A DNA stretch of 64,000 nt from a virus: IMG/VR virus record IMGVR_UViG_3300045971_000149, positions 32,001 to 96,000 of that record. One strand, given 5' to 3'. Within the stretch, counting starts at the first letter, position 1, and every line of letters starts with the position of its first letter. The notes under the pieces are model-generated. The model made no database searches and was not told the DNA's origin. It worked only from the letters and a program-made list of their open reading frames with translations. Made by a program: the position numbers and the translations under genes. Shown piece by piece: positions 10,185 through 20,089 of this stretch.

Positions 10185-10943
10185 TTAGCCAACTACAAAC
10201 CACATTGGCTTCTCACCGGCGCTGTATGACATTATTTCCACTTCTAGTTCTTTAAGTGAAGTGAGCCCTTCTTGTTTTAGGGCATCGCCATTTAAATTAG
10301 TACCGCCTTGTGGTCCGGCAATTGTTGCAAACTTGCTACGAGCTTCACCTAAAATAACCTTGGCTTGTGCTAGTGCATAATCTTTAAGCCAAATTCCGGC
10401 GTACGGATCTTCTAATAAAACAAAGTCCGGTTTATGATTGTACATCCACAATAGGATTGTTTCTTCACCACGAGGCCGCTGCATAATAGTAAGCTTCTTA
10501 GTTGCAGGATTCCATGTAAAATTAATCTCACTACCGAACATTTTACCAACCATCTTTTGGTAGGATGCAAATGCATAGTATGTAGCAAGCCCGCCCATAT
10601 TACTAGAATTCATTAGATATGTATTTGAGTATGCAAGGTTAAACGGTTCAAATAAGCTACCTGTATCGCCGCCACCAGTTCTAGACCCGACACTTCTACG
10701 GTATAACTGTCTAACTTCGATCACTTCGCTGCTTAATGTGTATTCATTAACATCTTGTTCCAATGTCATAAATGAAAAGCTTTCTTCTACGCTATTACTA
10801 GACTTCTGTCGGAACTTTGCAAATGCTCGGTCAATAGCGGTGTTGTAATGCTTTGGATCGAGTTCAATATCAATCATACCATCACCAAGCATGGTTTTAA
10901 TGTATTCAACTACTTGTTGGCGGGGGTTTTCTAATGTGCTCAT
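10185..10943 (-). CDS. Neck protein (gp13-like)
   Basis: WLKDYALA..GEARSKF..GPQGGTNLNG; start placed at MSTLEN, 5 nt after TAAATA. Confidence 0.85.
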   Translation of the reverse strand: MSTLENPRQQVVEYIKTMLGDGMIDIELDPKHYNTAIDRAFAKFRQKSSNSVEESFSFMTLEQDVNEYTLSSEVIEVRQLYRRSVGSRTGGGDTGSLFEPFNLAYSNTYLMNSSNMGGLATYYAFASYQKMVGKMFGSEINFTWNPATKKLTIMQRPRGEETILLWMYNHKPDFVLLEDPYAGIWLKDYALAQAKVILGEARSKFATIAGPQGGTNLNGDALKQEGLTSLKELEVEIMSYSAGEKPMWFVVG

Positions 10944-10948
10944 GTCAA

Positions 10949-10964
10949 TATTTATCAATAAATA
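10949..10964. promoter_or_regulatory. Back-to-back late-type promoters (TAAATA) between gp13- and gp14-like genes
   Basis: tattta 10949-54 (minus) and TAAATA 10959-64 (plus); same motif precedes most structural and tailoring operons; resembles T4 late TATAAATA. Confidence 0.75.
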
Positions 10965-10971
10965 TACTACT

Positions 10972-12183
10972 ATGCCAAGACTATCACTTTATAAACCCGA
11001 AAAGGGCAACGACTTTCGATTCCTAGACCGGGTTATCGGTGAACAATTTCAAGTGGGCGGAACTGACTTATTTGTCCATAGGTACTTAGGGCCAGTAAAT
11101 CCTGCTGCGGGGGAAGCAAGTCCCGGCGTTCCGACACAAACTAATCCGATTAGTGAGTTAGGCATCCAAGATGTTATCTTAATGGAAAACAGAGATAGAC
11201 ATTATGATCCTAATGTATATGTAATGCGTGCCATTTATACATTACAAGATTTAGATTTTAACCTAAGCCAGTTCGGTATTTTTCTAAACAACGATAATAT
11301 TTTTATTCACTTGCATCTAAGCAATTGTGTTAACACTTTAACTAGAAAAATAATGGCAGGCGATGTTATAGAGTTGCCTCACTTAAAGGACGAGTATGCA
11401 TTAGATGATGCAATGGTTGCATTAAAGAGATTCTACGTTGTACAAGATGTCACTCGTGCAGCGAGTGGGTTTAGTCAAACGTGGTATCCACACTTACTTA
11501 GAGTTAAGTGTGTACCGTTAGTTGACAGTCAAGAATATAAAGAGATTCTTGATGCAAGTGCAGGTGACGGGTCTAATCAAACATTACGTGACATTCTTAG
11601 TACTTACAATAAGAGTATCGAAGTTAACAATGCAATTATTGCCCAAGCAGAAGAAGATGCACCTCTTAGTGGTGCAAGTACAAACAACTTATATGTTATA
11701 CCAGAGAATGGAGACTTACTATCTCAAGATATTGATGCATCTAGCGATACCCTTAATGCAGATGATAACATTACTGATGCAAGCATAGTATTACAGTCGC
11801 CTGATCATAATTATTATGTTGGATACGGGACGGGCGACGGCAAACCACCAAACGGTGCTCCGTATACTTTTGGAACAACATTTCCGTCGGCATCAGTTGC
11901 AGGACAATTCCATCTACGCACCGATTATTTCCCGAATAGATTATTTCGCTGGAATGGAACATTTTGGGTTAAATTTGAGGATAATGTAAGAATGACATTG
12001 ACAAATAGTTACGATCCAAATGTGCCAAATCAAAGCTCTACAACGACTACATACAGTACAGCTATTAGAGAAACACAGCGTTCGGGCTTTATTAACAATA
12101 ACAATACTGCAACTATTGCAGGAAATATTGTTCAAGAGCGTCAAGCACTTTCTAAAGCACTTAAACCGAAGGCAGATAATTAA
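10972..12183 (+). CDS. Neck protein (gp14-like) with C-terminal extension
   Basis: MPRLSLY start; LSQFGIFL, GDVIELPH; divergent from gp13-like. Confidence 0.75.
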   Translation: MPRLSLYKPEKGNDFRFLDRVIGEQFQVGGTDLFVHRYLGPVNPAAGEASPGVPTQTNPISELGIQDVILMENRDRHYDPNVYVMRAIYTLQDLDFNLSQFGIFLNNDNIFIHLHLSNCVNTLTRKIMAGDVIELPHLKDEYALDDAMVALKRFYVVQDVTRAASGFSQTWYPHLLRVKCVPLVDSQEYKEILDASAGDGSNQTLRDILSTYNKSIEVNNAIIAQAEEDAPLSGASTNNLYVIPENGDLLSQDIDASSDTLNADDNITDASIVLQSPDHNYYVGYGTGDGKPPNGAPYTFGTTFPSASVAGQFHLRTDYFPNRLFRWNGTFWVKFEDNVRMTLTNSYDPNVPNQSSTTTTYSTAIRETQRSGFINNNNTATIAGNIVQERQALSKALKPKADN

Positions 12184-13631
12184 TGGAACATTTTTACGAC
12201 GCGCAAATAAAACGTTACCTAACACAGTTTATGCGACTTATGAGCAACTTTGCATATAAAGATGCAAAGGGAAAACTCACACAGATTCCTGTACGGTACG
12301 GAGATATGAATAGACAAGTTGCGCAGATCATGAGAAAGAACAGCGAGAATGTTGTTCAAAGTGCTCCGTTTATTGCTTGCTATATAAAAAGTCTAGATTT
12401 TGCTAGAGATAGACTGCAAGACCCTACGTATGTTAGTAAAGTGAATATCCGTGAACGTGCATATGATGCACAAGGTCGCGAATACCTAAATACACAAGGT
12501 GAGAATTATACAGTAGAACGATTAATGCCAACTCCTTTTACTTTGCAGTTCACCGCAGATATTTGGACCACTAATACTGATCAAAAGTTTCAATTACTAG
12601 AACAAATACTAGTGTTGTTTAATCCGTCTATGGAAGTACAGTCTAGTAGTAATTATTTAGATTGGACAAGATTAAGTGTAATCGAACTTACGAATATGAC
12701 ATTCTCTAGTAGGCAAGTACCTCAAGGGCTTGAACAAGATATTGATATTGCAACGCTAAACTTCACTGCACCTATTTGGATTACAACTCCTGCGAAAGTT
12801 AAGAAACTAGGAATTATTACACAAATTATTACAAGCATGTTTGTAGATCCAGTCGGAACTATTGAATCTGGAGTATATGCAGATTCGGCTGATACTAATT
12901 TCTTCGATACTAGAAATCCAGTAAGTGTTGATTATATTACATTAGGTAACTTAGAATTACTAGTGCTCAATAACACTGCAAAGTTAACTCCTTCAAATGA
13001 AGTAATTAAGGCTCCGAACAATATTGATATTCCTCAAATATTTGGATCCGGCATAAATTGGGTTAGGATATTAGATTTGTATCCCGGGAAGTTTACAGCA
13101 GGCCTGAGTCAACTACGATTAACTAAGCCCGACGGTAATGAAATTGTAGGACACATTAGTTTAGATCCGCTAGATGATCAAACAATGCACATTAGCTTCG
13201 ATACTGATACTGTTCCAATGAATACTATCCTAACTGATGCTCTGAATACACATTCGAGAGGAACTGTTGATGCAATCGTAGATCCACAAACATTTAACCC
13301 TCGACCACTAATAAACGGAGTGCTAGGTAATGCAACTATTGATGCTCGTTACTTAATACTTGAAGATATTAATCCAAATATAGGCACTCCAAATTACTCC
13401 GGACCGACTGCTTGGAAGAATCTAAATAACTCGGACTTTGTTGCCCATGCTAACGACATAATCCAGTGGGACGGATCTCAATGGAATGTACTGTTCAATA
13501 GTCGAGTAGTTAGTGCATTAACATATATAACTAATGCACGAACTGGTGTGCAGTATGCTTGGGACGGTGCGAGTTGGATGAAGAGTTACGAAGGCATCTA
13601 TACCGCGGGAAAATGGCGGTTAGTTCTATGA
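12183..13631 (+). CDS. Tail terminator/sheath stabiliser (gp15-like) with C-terminal extension
   Basis: HFYDAQIKRY, IPVRYG, QLLEQILVLFNP. Confidence 0.8.
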   Translation: MEHFYDAQIKRYLTQFMRLMSNFAYKDAKGKLTQIPVRYGDMNRQVAQIMRKNSENVVQSAPFIACYIKSLDFARDRLQDPTYVSKVNIRERAYDAQGREYLNTQGENYTVERLMPTPFTLQFTADIWTTNTDQKFQLLEQILVLFNPSMEVQSSSNYLDWTRLSVIELTNMTFSSRQVPQGLEQDIDIATLNFTAPIWITTPAKVKKLGIITQIITSMFVDPVGTIESGVYADSADTNFFDTRNPVSVDYITLGNLELLVLNNTAKLTPSNEVIKAPNNIDIPQIFGSGINWVRILDLYPGKFTAGLSQLRLTKPDGNEIVGHISLDPLDDQTMHISFDTDTVPMNTILTDALNTHSRGTVDAIVDPQTFNPRPLINGVLGNATIDARYLILEDINPNIGTPNYSGPTAWKNLNNSDFVAHANDIIQWDGSQWNVLFNSRVVSALTYITNARTGVQYAWDGASWMKSYEGIYTAGKWRLVL

Positions 13632-14056
13632 CAAATATAACCTGCTCGGGCGGATTGTTCCTGGCAAAAGATACACAACGATTTCTATTTCTGCTTCGTG
13701 CACAAGGTAAAACCGCGGGTACTTGGGGACTTGTAGGCGGGAAGAAAGAGCCGTCTGACATCACTGCATACGATGCATTGCTTAGAGAAATCCAGGAAGA
13801 AATTGGTTCAGTACCAAATAACGTTAAGCCAGTACCGTTAGAATGGTATTCTAGTAGAGATGATATGTTCTCGTATCATACCTATGTAATGATTGTGGAG
13901 CATGAGTTTATTCCTCTTCTAAACGAAGAGCATACAGGATACTGTTGGGTTGGAATAAATGATTGGCCACGCCCGTTACACTCCGGAGTAAGAAATACCC
14001 TTATTAGTAGAACTACTAAAGGTAAAATTCAAACTATTCTAGATGTTATACGGTAA
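13628..14056 (+). CDS. Nudix hydrolase
   Basis: Nudix box WGLVGGKKEPSDITAYDALLREIQEEIG. Confidence 0.9.
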   Translation: MTNITCSGGLFLAKDTQRFLFLLRAQGKTAGTWGLVGGKKEPSDITAYDALLREIQEEIGSVPNNVKPVPLEWYSSRDDMFSYHTYVMIVEHEFIPLLNEEHTGYCWVGINDWPRPLHSGVRNTLISRTTKGKIQTILDVIR

Positions 14057-15839
14057 CTGTTATCACATCCCAAAATAAGTCTTGCGAATTATAAATTGTT
14101 GAAAAGTACATAACCTTCCCCGCCACGGTAGATGTTGATAACGGTGCAGTGCTAAACGCACGGAATCCGCCGGTTGAAGTTGTCCACGATAACACATGAG
14201 AAATTCCATCATCCTTAATACGGATCATTAATCGTTGACCATCATTCTTTAACCCAACCGGTGCCGCAATCGTCGTATCAGTCGATAGTGCTAGCACTGA
14301 ATATTGTCCAACACTGCTGTTAGGGGTTATAGTAATGTTTGATGTTGTACTAGCAGTTCCCTGTATTACAGTGCCTGTTGAAACTACCGATGCTACAGTT
14401 AATGTATTTGTAAACGATGTAGCTCCAGTAACTCGACCGCCTGATGTTAAGTTTAGCGAGCTAACTGAATTAACTGCTAACGAAACTAACGTACCTGTGG
14501 TAAATGACTGTGCAAATTTTGCAATACTCGAAGTTGATGCAAAGTATGCATTTGTCGCAGTGAATGCAATATTGGCGTATGTAGATGTTCCTGCAACATC
14601 GGCATAACTTGAAGTCGATGCAAAGTACGCATTAGTTGCAGTATTAGCAACAGCAGCAAGACCAACAAACGTAGTAGAAGTATTAACAAGTGTGAATGCA
14701 ACAGACGCAGTAGTTGCATACCCTACTTGTGTAGTTGATGTATTAACGAGGGTGGATGCAAATGCTGATAACGTAGCAGTATTAGCAATACTTGCATATG
14801 TTGAGGTGGTTGCCTGATACGCAAAGGACGAAGTTGTTGCTTGATACGCAAATGTTGCAGTAGTTGCAAAACTTGCATTAGTCGATGTAGTTGCTTGAAA
14901 CGCAAATGTTGCAGTAGTTGCAATGCTCGCGTTTGTTGCAGTAGTTGCAGTATTGGCATAACCAACTTGTGTAGTTGATGTGCTGGCCAATGAATAAGCA
15001 ACAGCGGCAGAGGTAGCAGTAAATGCGTATGATGCAGTATTGGCATAACCAACTTGTGTAGTCGATGTACTAGCCAACGAATAAGCAACTGCTGCACTAG
15101 TTGCAGTGTTTGCATAACCTACTTGTGTGGTTGAAGTACTTGCAAGCGAGTAGGCAACCGAGGCACTTGTTGATGTAGTTGCCTGAAACGCAAATGTTGC
15201 AGTAGTGGCGAAACTTGCATCAGTTGAGGTAGTAGCTTGAAAGGCAAATGACGAAGTTGTTGCCTGATATGCAAATGTTGCAGTAGTAGCAATGCTCGCG
15301 TTTGTTGCAGTAGTTGCCTGAAACGCAAATGTTGCAGTAGTGGCAAAACTTGCATTAGTCGATGTAGTGGCGAAACTTGCATTAGTTGATGTAGTTGCAA
15401 AACTTGCATTAGTCGATGTAGTAGCTTGATACGCAAATGTTGCAGTAGTAGCAATGCTCGCGTTTGTTGATGTAGTTGCTTGATCTGCGAGTACCGAATG
15501 TGCAACTAATGTACCAGTATTAAACGATAACGTATATCCGCTGGTAGTGGCAAAATCAGCGACTCCAACTAAATTACCAACTATTTTAGGAGCAAATACA
15601 GTATTCCCAACATACAAACTACCCGAGATTCCCGCCCCACCTGCAATAGTAATCGACCCTGTAACTGTGCTAACTGCTGTGGATGTATTACGGATAATGA
15701 AACGGTGATCAGTTACATAGTCTGTATTTGTAAACCCCCTTACTGCGGTCCAGGACTGCGCAGCAAAACTCCATATATAAATTACCGTACCTATAGTAAC
15801 GGTCTGTTGATCATAAGGATTTAGGGGAAATGTTATCAT
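14046..15839 (-). CDS. Fibre-like virion protein with long Ala/Thr/Ser repeats
   Basis: N-term FPLNP..YIWS..SW motif typical of phage fibres; central ATTATFAYQ/ATTSTNASF repeats; TATAAATA upstream. Confidence 0.65.
   Translation of the reverse strand: MITFPLNPYDQQTVTIGTVIYIWSFAAQSWTAVRGFTNTDYVTDHRFIIRNTSTAVSTVTGSITIAGGAGISGSLYVGNTVFAPKIVGNLVGVADFATTSGYTLSFNTGTLVAHSVLADQATTSTNASIATTATFAYQATTSTNASFATTSTNASFATTSTNASFATTATFAFQATTATNASIATTATFAYQATTSSFAFQATTSTDASFATTATFAFQATTSTSASVAYSLASTSTTQVGYANTATSAAVAYSLASTSTTQVGYANTASYAFTATSAAVAYSLASTSTTQVGYANTATTATNASIATTATFAFQATTSTNASFATTATFAYQATTSSFAYQATTSTYASIANTATLSAFASTLVNTSTTQVGYATTASVAFTLVNTSTTFVGLAAVANTATNAYFASTSSYADVAGTSTYANIAFTATNAYFASTSSIAKFAQSFTTGTLVSLAVNSVSSLNLTSGGRVTGATSFTNTLTVASVVSTGTVIQGTASTTSNITITPNSSVGQYSVLALSTDTTIAAPVGLKNDGQRLMIRIKDDGISHVLSWTTSTGGFRAFSTAPLSTSTVAGKVMYFSTIYNSQDLFWDVITVTV
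14720..15480 (-). repeat. Coding tandem repeats (27-nt/9-aa and ~69-nt/23-aa units)
   Basis: Repeated gcaaatgttgcagtagt and aaacttgcattagt on + strand; STSTTQVGYANT x3. Confidence 0.85.
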
Positions 15840-15886
15840 AGGAGTGGGCTCAGTTTAGTATATTTATACCGAACCCACTAGCGAAA

Positions 15887-16552
15887 TCAGACCGTAGTAT
15901 TATTTTGAACCAACGGAATATATTTCTGCGCTAACTTAGTTCGCATTTCTCTACTTTGCCCGGGCCAATGCATGATCCAATCGCCGGAATGCCACTGTCC
16001 GTCGGTTCCTATTCTGTCTAACGTACTCTCAATAGGTTGATGTGCCCCGTCACTATAGCATGCCGCATTTAATTCACGTTGTGGCACAATCTTAATAATA
16101 TCCTTAAACCTGTAAAAGCTATCGATGATTACTTGTTGTTCTTTCCAATCTCTATGAGCATATTGTGGATACTGGTCCAGAATAAATTGTAAGTAATCCC
16201 GCCCCTGTGGACTATTCCGCACCATCATAACCCCGGCATTAATATCGTTAAAATACGTGGCAATAATAAAGTGAAACCTATCATCTACTCTATCTTCTAT
16301 GCGAACATCAAAGTTAGTAATTAACGCATCTGTATCGATCCATAAAAACCAATCAATATCGGGATTCAATTTCCCCAGTTCCAGTAAGTCACGTATCTTT
16401 GCAAACCCCGGACTCAAGTCTCCTTGTTGATAATCAATAACATGATATTGATAATCGTGTTTCTCACAATACAACCGTTGATTTTGTTCCCAAGTCATGT
16501 CGCTTAACCAACGATACCCTTCGTCTTGCATTGTAATTAGTGCACAGTTCAT
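15887..16552 (-). CDS. Glycosyltransferase, GT34 (GMA12/MNN10)-like
   Basis: YCEKHDY, WIDTDALITN, INAGVMMVRN, EQ, GDWIMHWPG. Confidence 0.85.
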   Translation of the reverse strand: MNCALITMQDEGYRWLSDMTWEQNQRLYCEKHDYQYHVIDYQQGDLSPGFAKIRDLLELGKLNPDIDWFLWIDTDALITNFDVRIEDRVDDRFHFIIATYFNDINAGVMMVRNSPQGRDYLQFILDQYPQYAHRDWKEQQVIIDSFYRFKDIIKIVPQRELNAACYSDGAHQPIESTLDRIGTDGQWHSGDWIMHWPGQSREMRTKLAQKYIPLVQNNTTV

Positions 16553-16724
16553 ACAGATCCTTTATGTTCACATATTTAAATATTCGCCAGCCCCTACTTA
16601 ATAATACTGACTATTTGGTAAAACCAGGCGTCACATCAGCCAAAATAGAGAGCGCAGCGACTGCGAAGCAGCGAGCGGAAAATTTTTTACTTGCGTTAAG
16701 TACATATATAACCTATACTAAACT

Positions 16725-16985
16725 ATGTCCCTTAAAATCCGGTTCCAATTTCCCCGCGGTGAATTCACGGGCCCGAACATTATCTTCCACAATGAATTCA
16801 CCCACGAAATCCGTAAATGGACACACGCTAGAAACATTGAAAATCATTTACTCAAGTTAGAATACAATAGTGATACAAATACAACAGTAGTAACATTTCC
16901 CAGCGATAAGGCCGTTCTACTGTTCGTAATGACTTGGACTTCTAAACACAAGTGGTGCACACAATACAAGGTATTACAGGAATGA
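16725..16985 (+). CDS. Hypothetical protein, apparently leaderless
   Basis: TTGCGT(16691)-17-TATACT(16714) ends 5 nt before ATG. Confidence 0.55.
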   Translation: MSLKIRFQFPRGEFTGPNIIFHNEFTHEIRKWTHARNIENHLLKLEYNSDTNTTVVTFPSDKAVLLFVMTWTSKHKWCTQYKVLQE

Positions 16986-17229
16986 CGGTGGGATCGACGC
17001 TGATTTCACTGCGACAATTGAAGCACTTACATGTTTTACACGGTAGAACAATATGTGACCAATGATGAATGAATAGTTCATAGTGACTCTGTTGCTTAAA
17101 TCGCAAAGTAATAACAGTATCCCGTAGAGTGAAGACATATTCGATTCCTGCTGTGCAATAGTTCTGAGTGAGGAACCACTTACATTGATCAAAGTAGGAA
17201 TACGGTATTTGTACGGGAGTTGAAGTCAT
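16942..17229 (-). CDS. Hypothetical protein, Cys-rich C-terminus
   Basis: 95 aa; TAAATA-N5-ATG. Confidence 0.5.
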   Translation of the reverse strand: MTSTPVQIPYSYFDQCKWFLTQNYCTAGIEYVFTLRDTVITLRFKQQSHYELFIHHWSHIVLPCKTCKCFNCRSEISVDPTVIPVIPCIVCTTCV

Positions 17230-17589
17230 ACAAGTATTTAAAGTGAATTCCCGTACTAAAGTGTTAGCACATTTCCAAAGAGTACGAGCCCAGACCGGGT
17301 CCTTGCCCTCAAAATTTTCCTGCGTAAAATTTTTAGATCTTCGATTTAAAACCGAGGGGAAGTTTTAAAACCGGTAAAACACGTTGTAAAAAAATGTGCT
17401 TGCAAAAATAAAGAGAGTTGGAGATCTGTACCCATGGTGATTTGCTAACCCCATGGCTCAAAAATTTGCATGCATGCTGCTGCTACTGCATGCTGCTTGT
17501 GGGATAGAACCCCCCACCACCTCGGCAATGCGCATCATCCTGCGCATTGCTCCCCAATCAACTTATAAAGCGCAGCATCCTGCGCATTA

Positions 17590-18402
17590 TTAGCAGCGGT
17601 CCCAGTTGTTCTTCACATAGGTGCGTGCCAGTGCAGCCTTCATGCCTAGTGCCACGATGCCGTACTGCACAGCCTTCTCAAACGCTTCGCTGCCGCTGTC
17701 TGCTTTAGCTATAGTAATGTATGCACGGATGCGCTCTGCATTGCTGCTGCCACTGTGCTGTGCTACTACAGGCATACGCATACGCGCCATGATGTCTACA
17801 GCCTTAGCAGGAGCAATGGGTGCTGCCACCTTAGTCACTGTGGGTGCAGTCAGCATGGATGCGTTAGTCATTGTGTACGGCTGTGCCTTGCTTACGCGAC
17901 CCTTGCCGCGGAACATGTAGGATGCGCCGCGTGTCTGTATCTTGCGATGTATGACAGGGCTAACGGCAACAATGTGGCCAGTGGATGTAGTGTATGCATA
18001 CGGCTTAGCCTTAGCCACTGCTTCGGGTGCGTCTTCTTGTTTGTAGCAGCGTGAGCCATTGCCGCCTAGTGCTACACATACACGCTTCCAGCCTGCATCA
18101 TGATTGCGTCCAAACTGTGGAAACGCTTGGCATACACTGTGCGCGACTTCATGCGGCACTGTGTCGTTTAGGATGTGTTCCCAGCTCTGGCCACCAAGGC
18201 GCATATGCACAGTGTTGAAGCGCAGGTACATGTCATGTGCAGTACGCTCAAAGCGATCAAGCTTGCAGCCTGCCATACCAGCAGCACGGCCAGTAAGGTC
18301 GAAGCGGATTTGGATTGCGGGCATCTTAATGCCAAACTTGCTTTCTGCAAGGGCGATACACTGTGCAACTTTGGCTTTGACTGCTTCGACTTTTGCTTGC
18401 AT
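17590..18402 (-). CDS. SprT-like zinc metalloprotease
   Basis: TVPHEVAH (HExxH), GRNHDAGWKRV, GRAAGMA. Confidence 0.85.
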   Translation of the reverse strand: MQAKVEAVKAKVAQCIALAESKFGIKMPAIQIRFDLTGRAAGMAGCKLDRFERTAHDMYLRFNTVHMRLGGQSWEHILNDTVPHEVAHSVCQAFPQFGRNHDAGWKRVCVALGGNGSRCYKQEDAPEAVAKAKPYAYTTSTGHIVAVSPVIHRKIQTRGASYMFRGKGRVSKAQPYTMTNASMLTAPTVTKVAAPIAPAKAVDIMARMRMPVVAQHSGSSNAERIRAYITIAKADSGSEAFEKAVQYGIVALGMKAALARTYVKNNWDRC

Positions 18403-18485
18403 GTTATGTCCTACTGTTTGTTTGCTATGTGTGTATTATAACAAAGAACGACGAGACTGTCAAGTCCCGCCGCCCTGTAGGGTTA

Positions 18486-19373
18486 TCAGTTAGTCAGTAC
18501 GTACTGCGCAATGGCTTTCCAATTGCCGCCTGCTGCCCGAAGCTTTGTCACTGCTTGCAGTGTGCGCAGGCTAAGCTCTTTCACTTCGCCTTGCACGGAG
18601 CGGATAAGTGCCATCGCGTCGTCTTTATGCTTTTGGCTGTACTGCGGCATGAAAGTTGCACTGCTTGTCATATGCTGCATGCGTTCCACTTTCTGATCGC
18701 TTGTCATCTTCAAGTCAATGCAGTAAGCACGAGTCAACAGTGCGTTGGCTACTTGCTCGCGGCGCATGTTAGAGATGAAGATGATGCGTCCTTGGAATAC
18801 AAAGCTACGCGGCAGGTCGTCGTCTTTCATGTCTGCGTTCCAGCTAATCACTCGCTTGTCGTAGCTGTCCAAAGCGCCCTTCAGCAGGTTCAATGCAGTA
18901 GCATCTTTGAGCACATCGTCGCAGTCATCAAACACTAGCACACTGTCGCGATTCATGTACAGCTCGCGATACAAGCCCTTAGCAGTGCTATAGCCTTTGA
19001 TCATCTTGTATGCTTTAGACGGGGCGTCGCTTTCGAAGCTAGACACATCCTCAAGTCCGTTTGCAGCGAGTGCTTCCTTCACAGTGTGCGTCTTGCCCAA
19101 TCCGCCGGGACCAGTGATCAGTACGCTAGTCGCGTTGCCTTGTGCAATCATGTTAACGAGCTGCGTCACAAACTCGAAGCGCTGATTGATTGGCCATTTA
19201 GTGTCTTCGCCGTCTTGCGGAGCAGTGACATCTTCGCTTGCAGGCACAGTGACCTTGTGTCCCGCCTTAGCCATCATCTTCACAACGCGAGTCTGGTCGT
19301 AGGACTTAACGACTTTCTTTCCCATGTACATGCCAATCCAGTTGCCGTCTGCATAAACAATTTTAGCTTGCAT
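18486..19373 (-). CDS. AAA+ ATPase (paralog 1)
   Basis: GPGGLGKT, VLVFDDCD, LLKGALDS; start moved to MQAK after AAGGA RBS. Confidence 0.85.
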   Translation of the reverse strand: MQAKIVYADGNWIGMYMGKKVVKSYDQTRVVKMMAKAGHKVTVPASEDVTAPQDGEDTKWPINQRFEFVTQLVNMIAQGNATSVLITGPGGLGKTHTVKEALAANGLEDVSSFESDAPSKAYKMIKGYSTAKGLYRELYMNRDSVLVFDDCDDVLKDATALNLLKGALDSYDKRVISWNADMKDDDLPRSFVFQGRIIFISNMRREQVANALLTRAYCIDLKMTSDQKVERMQHMTSSATFMPQYSQKHKDDAMALIRSVQGEVKELSLRTLQAVTKLRAAGGNWKAIAQYVLTN

Positions 19374-19460
19374 TTCGTTTCCTTTTACTGCTTCGTTTAA
19401 CATGTATGTATTATAGTCTCATTGTGCAGAACAGTCAAGTCCCGCCAACTTGTAGGGTTA

Positions 19461-19664
19461 TTAGTAAGAAAGTGCTTTGGCTAGCGTCGCAGCATTCAAT
19501 GCGTTTTGCGCATCATACAGTGTGGCCGTTGCGCGGGCTACTGTGGCGTTAGATGCTTTCTCGCTGTTGTTTGCTACGTGGTACGCTACTAGCGCATCGG
19601 CGTATGCGAACACAAGTGCTTTGACTGTTCGATTGTGCTGCGCTGCGACTTTGACTGTTGCCAT
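19461..19664 (-). CDS. Small early hypothetical protein
   Basis: Own promoter and AAGGAG RBS. Confidence 0.7.
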   Translation of the reverse strand: MATVKVAAQHNRTVKALVFAYADALVAYHVANNSEKASNATVARATATLYDAQNALNAATLAKALSY

Positions 19665-19740
19665 GCTGTACTCCTTGTTGCGATGTATGTATTATAGTCT
19701 CATTCAACGGAACTGTCAACAACCCTATGATCCATAGGGT

Positions 19741-20085
19741 TATTGTGAATAGGTGCTGTTCGTTTGGACTCTTACCACAGTGTTTCCCGATATGGCTAAC
19801 CGGCGCGGTTGATCACCGCAAAGGACATAGACAGCTTAGTCCTACTGTTTACTTCTCGCCTGATCAGGACGACTAGTTAGTTAAGGCGTTTCGAGCGATG
19901 GAAGATTTTACACTGTCTTGCGACTGAAGTGACTCCGTCTTTCGATGCGCTGTATGGCACCGGCCCCACTACCTTATTGTAACATGCTCGGGGAATACTG
20001 GCCCATTGCCAATCACTAGATCGGGTGAACGTTCAAACCTAAACACATTACAATAAGGGCACTGTAGTTTCCTACAGTGCTGTAC
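19741..20085 (-). ncRNA. Candidate structured ncRNA
   Basis: No ORF; GNRA-capped stems and long G-U-containing helix on minus strand. Confidence 0.5.
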
Positions 20086-20089
20086 CTAC

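Noticed and set aside
14486-15505. Leu/Gln/His-rich ORFs
   Set aside because: Alternative frames of the repeat fibre gene
19374-19403. ORF-track upstream starts in array genes (also 22521, 24174, 26849, 29935, 32509)
   Set aside because: They begin within the promoter; the RBS points to the downstream Met
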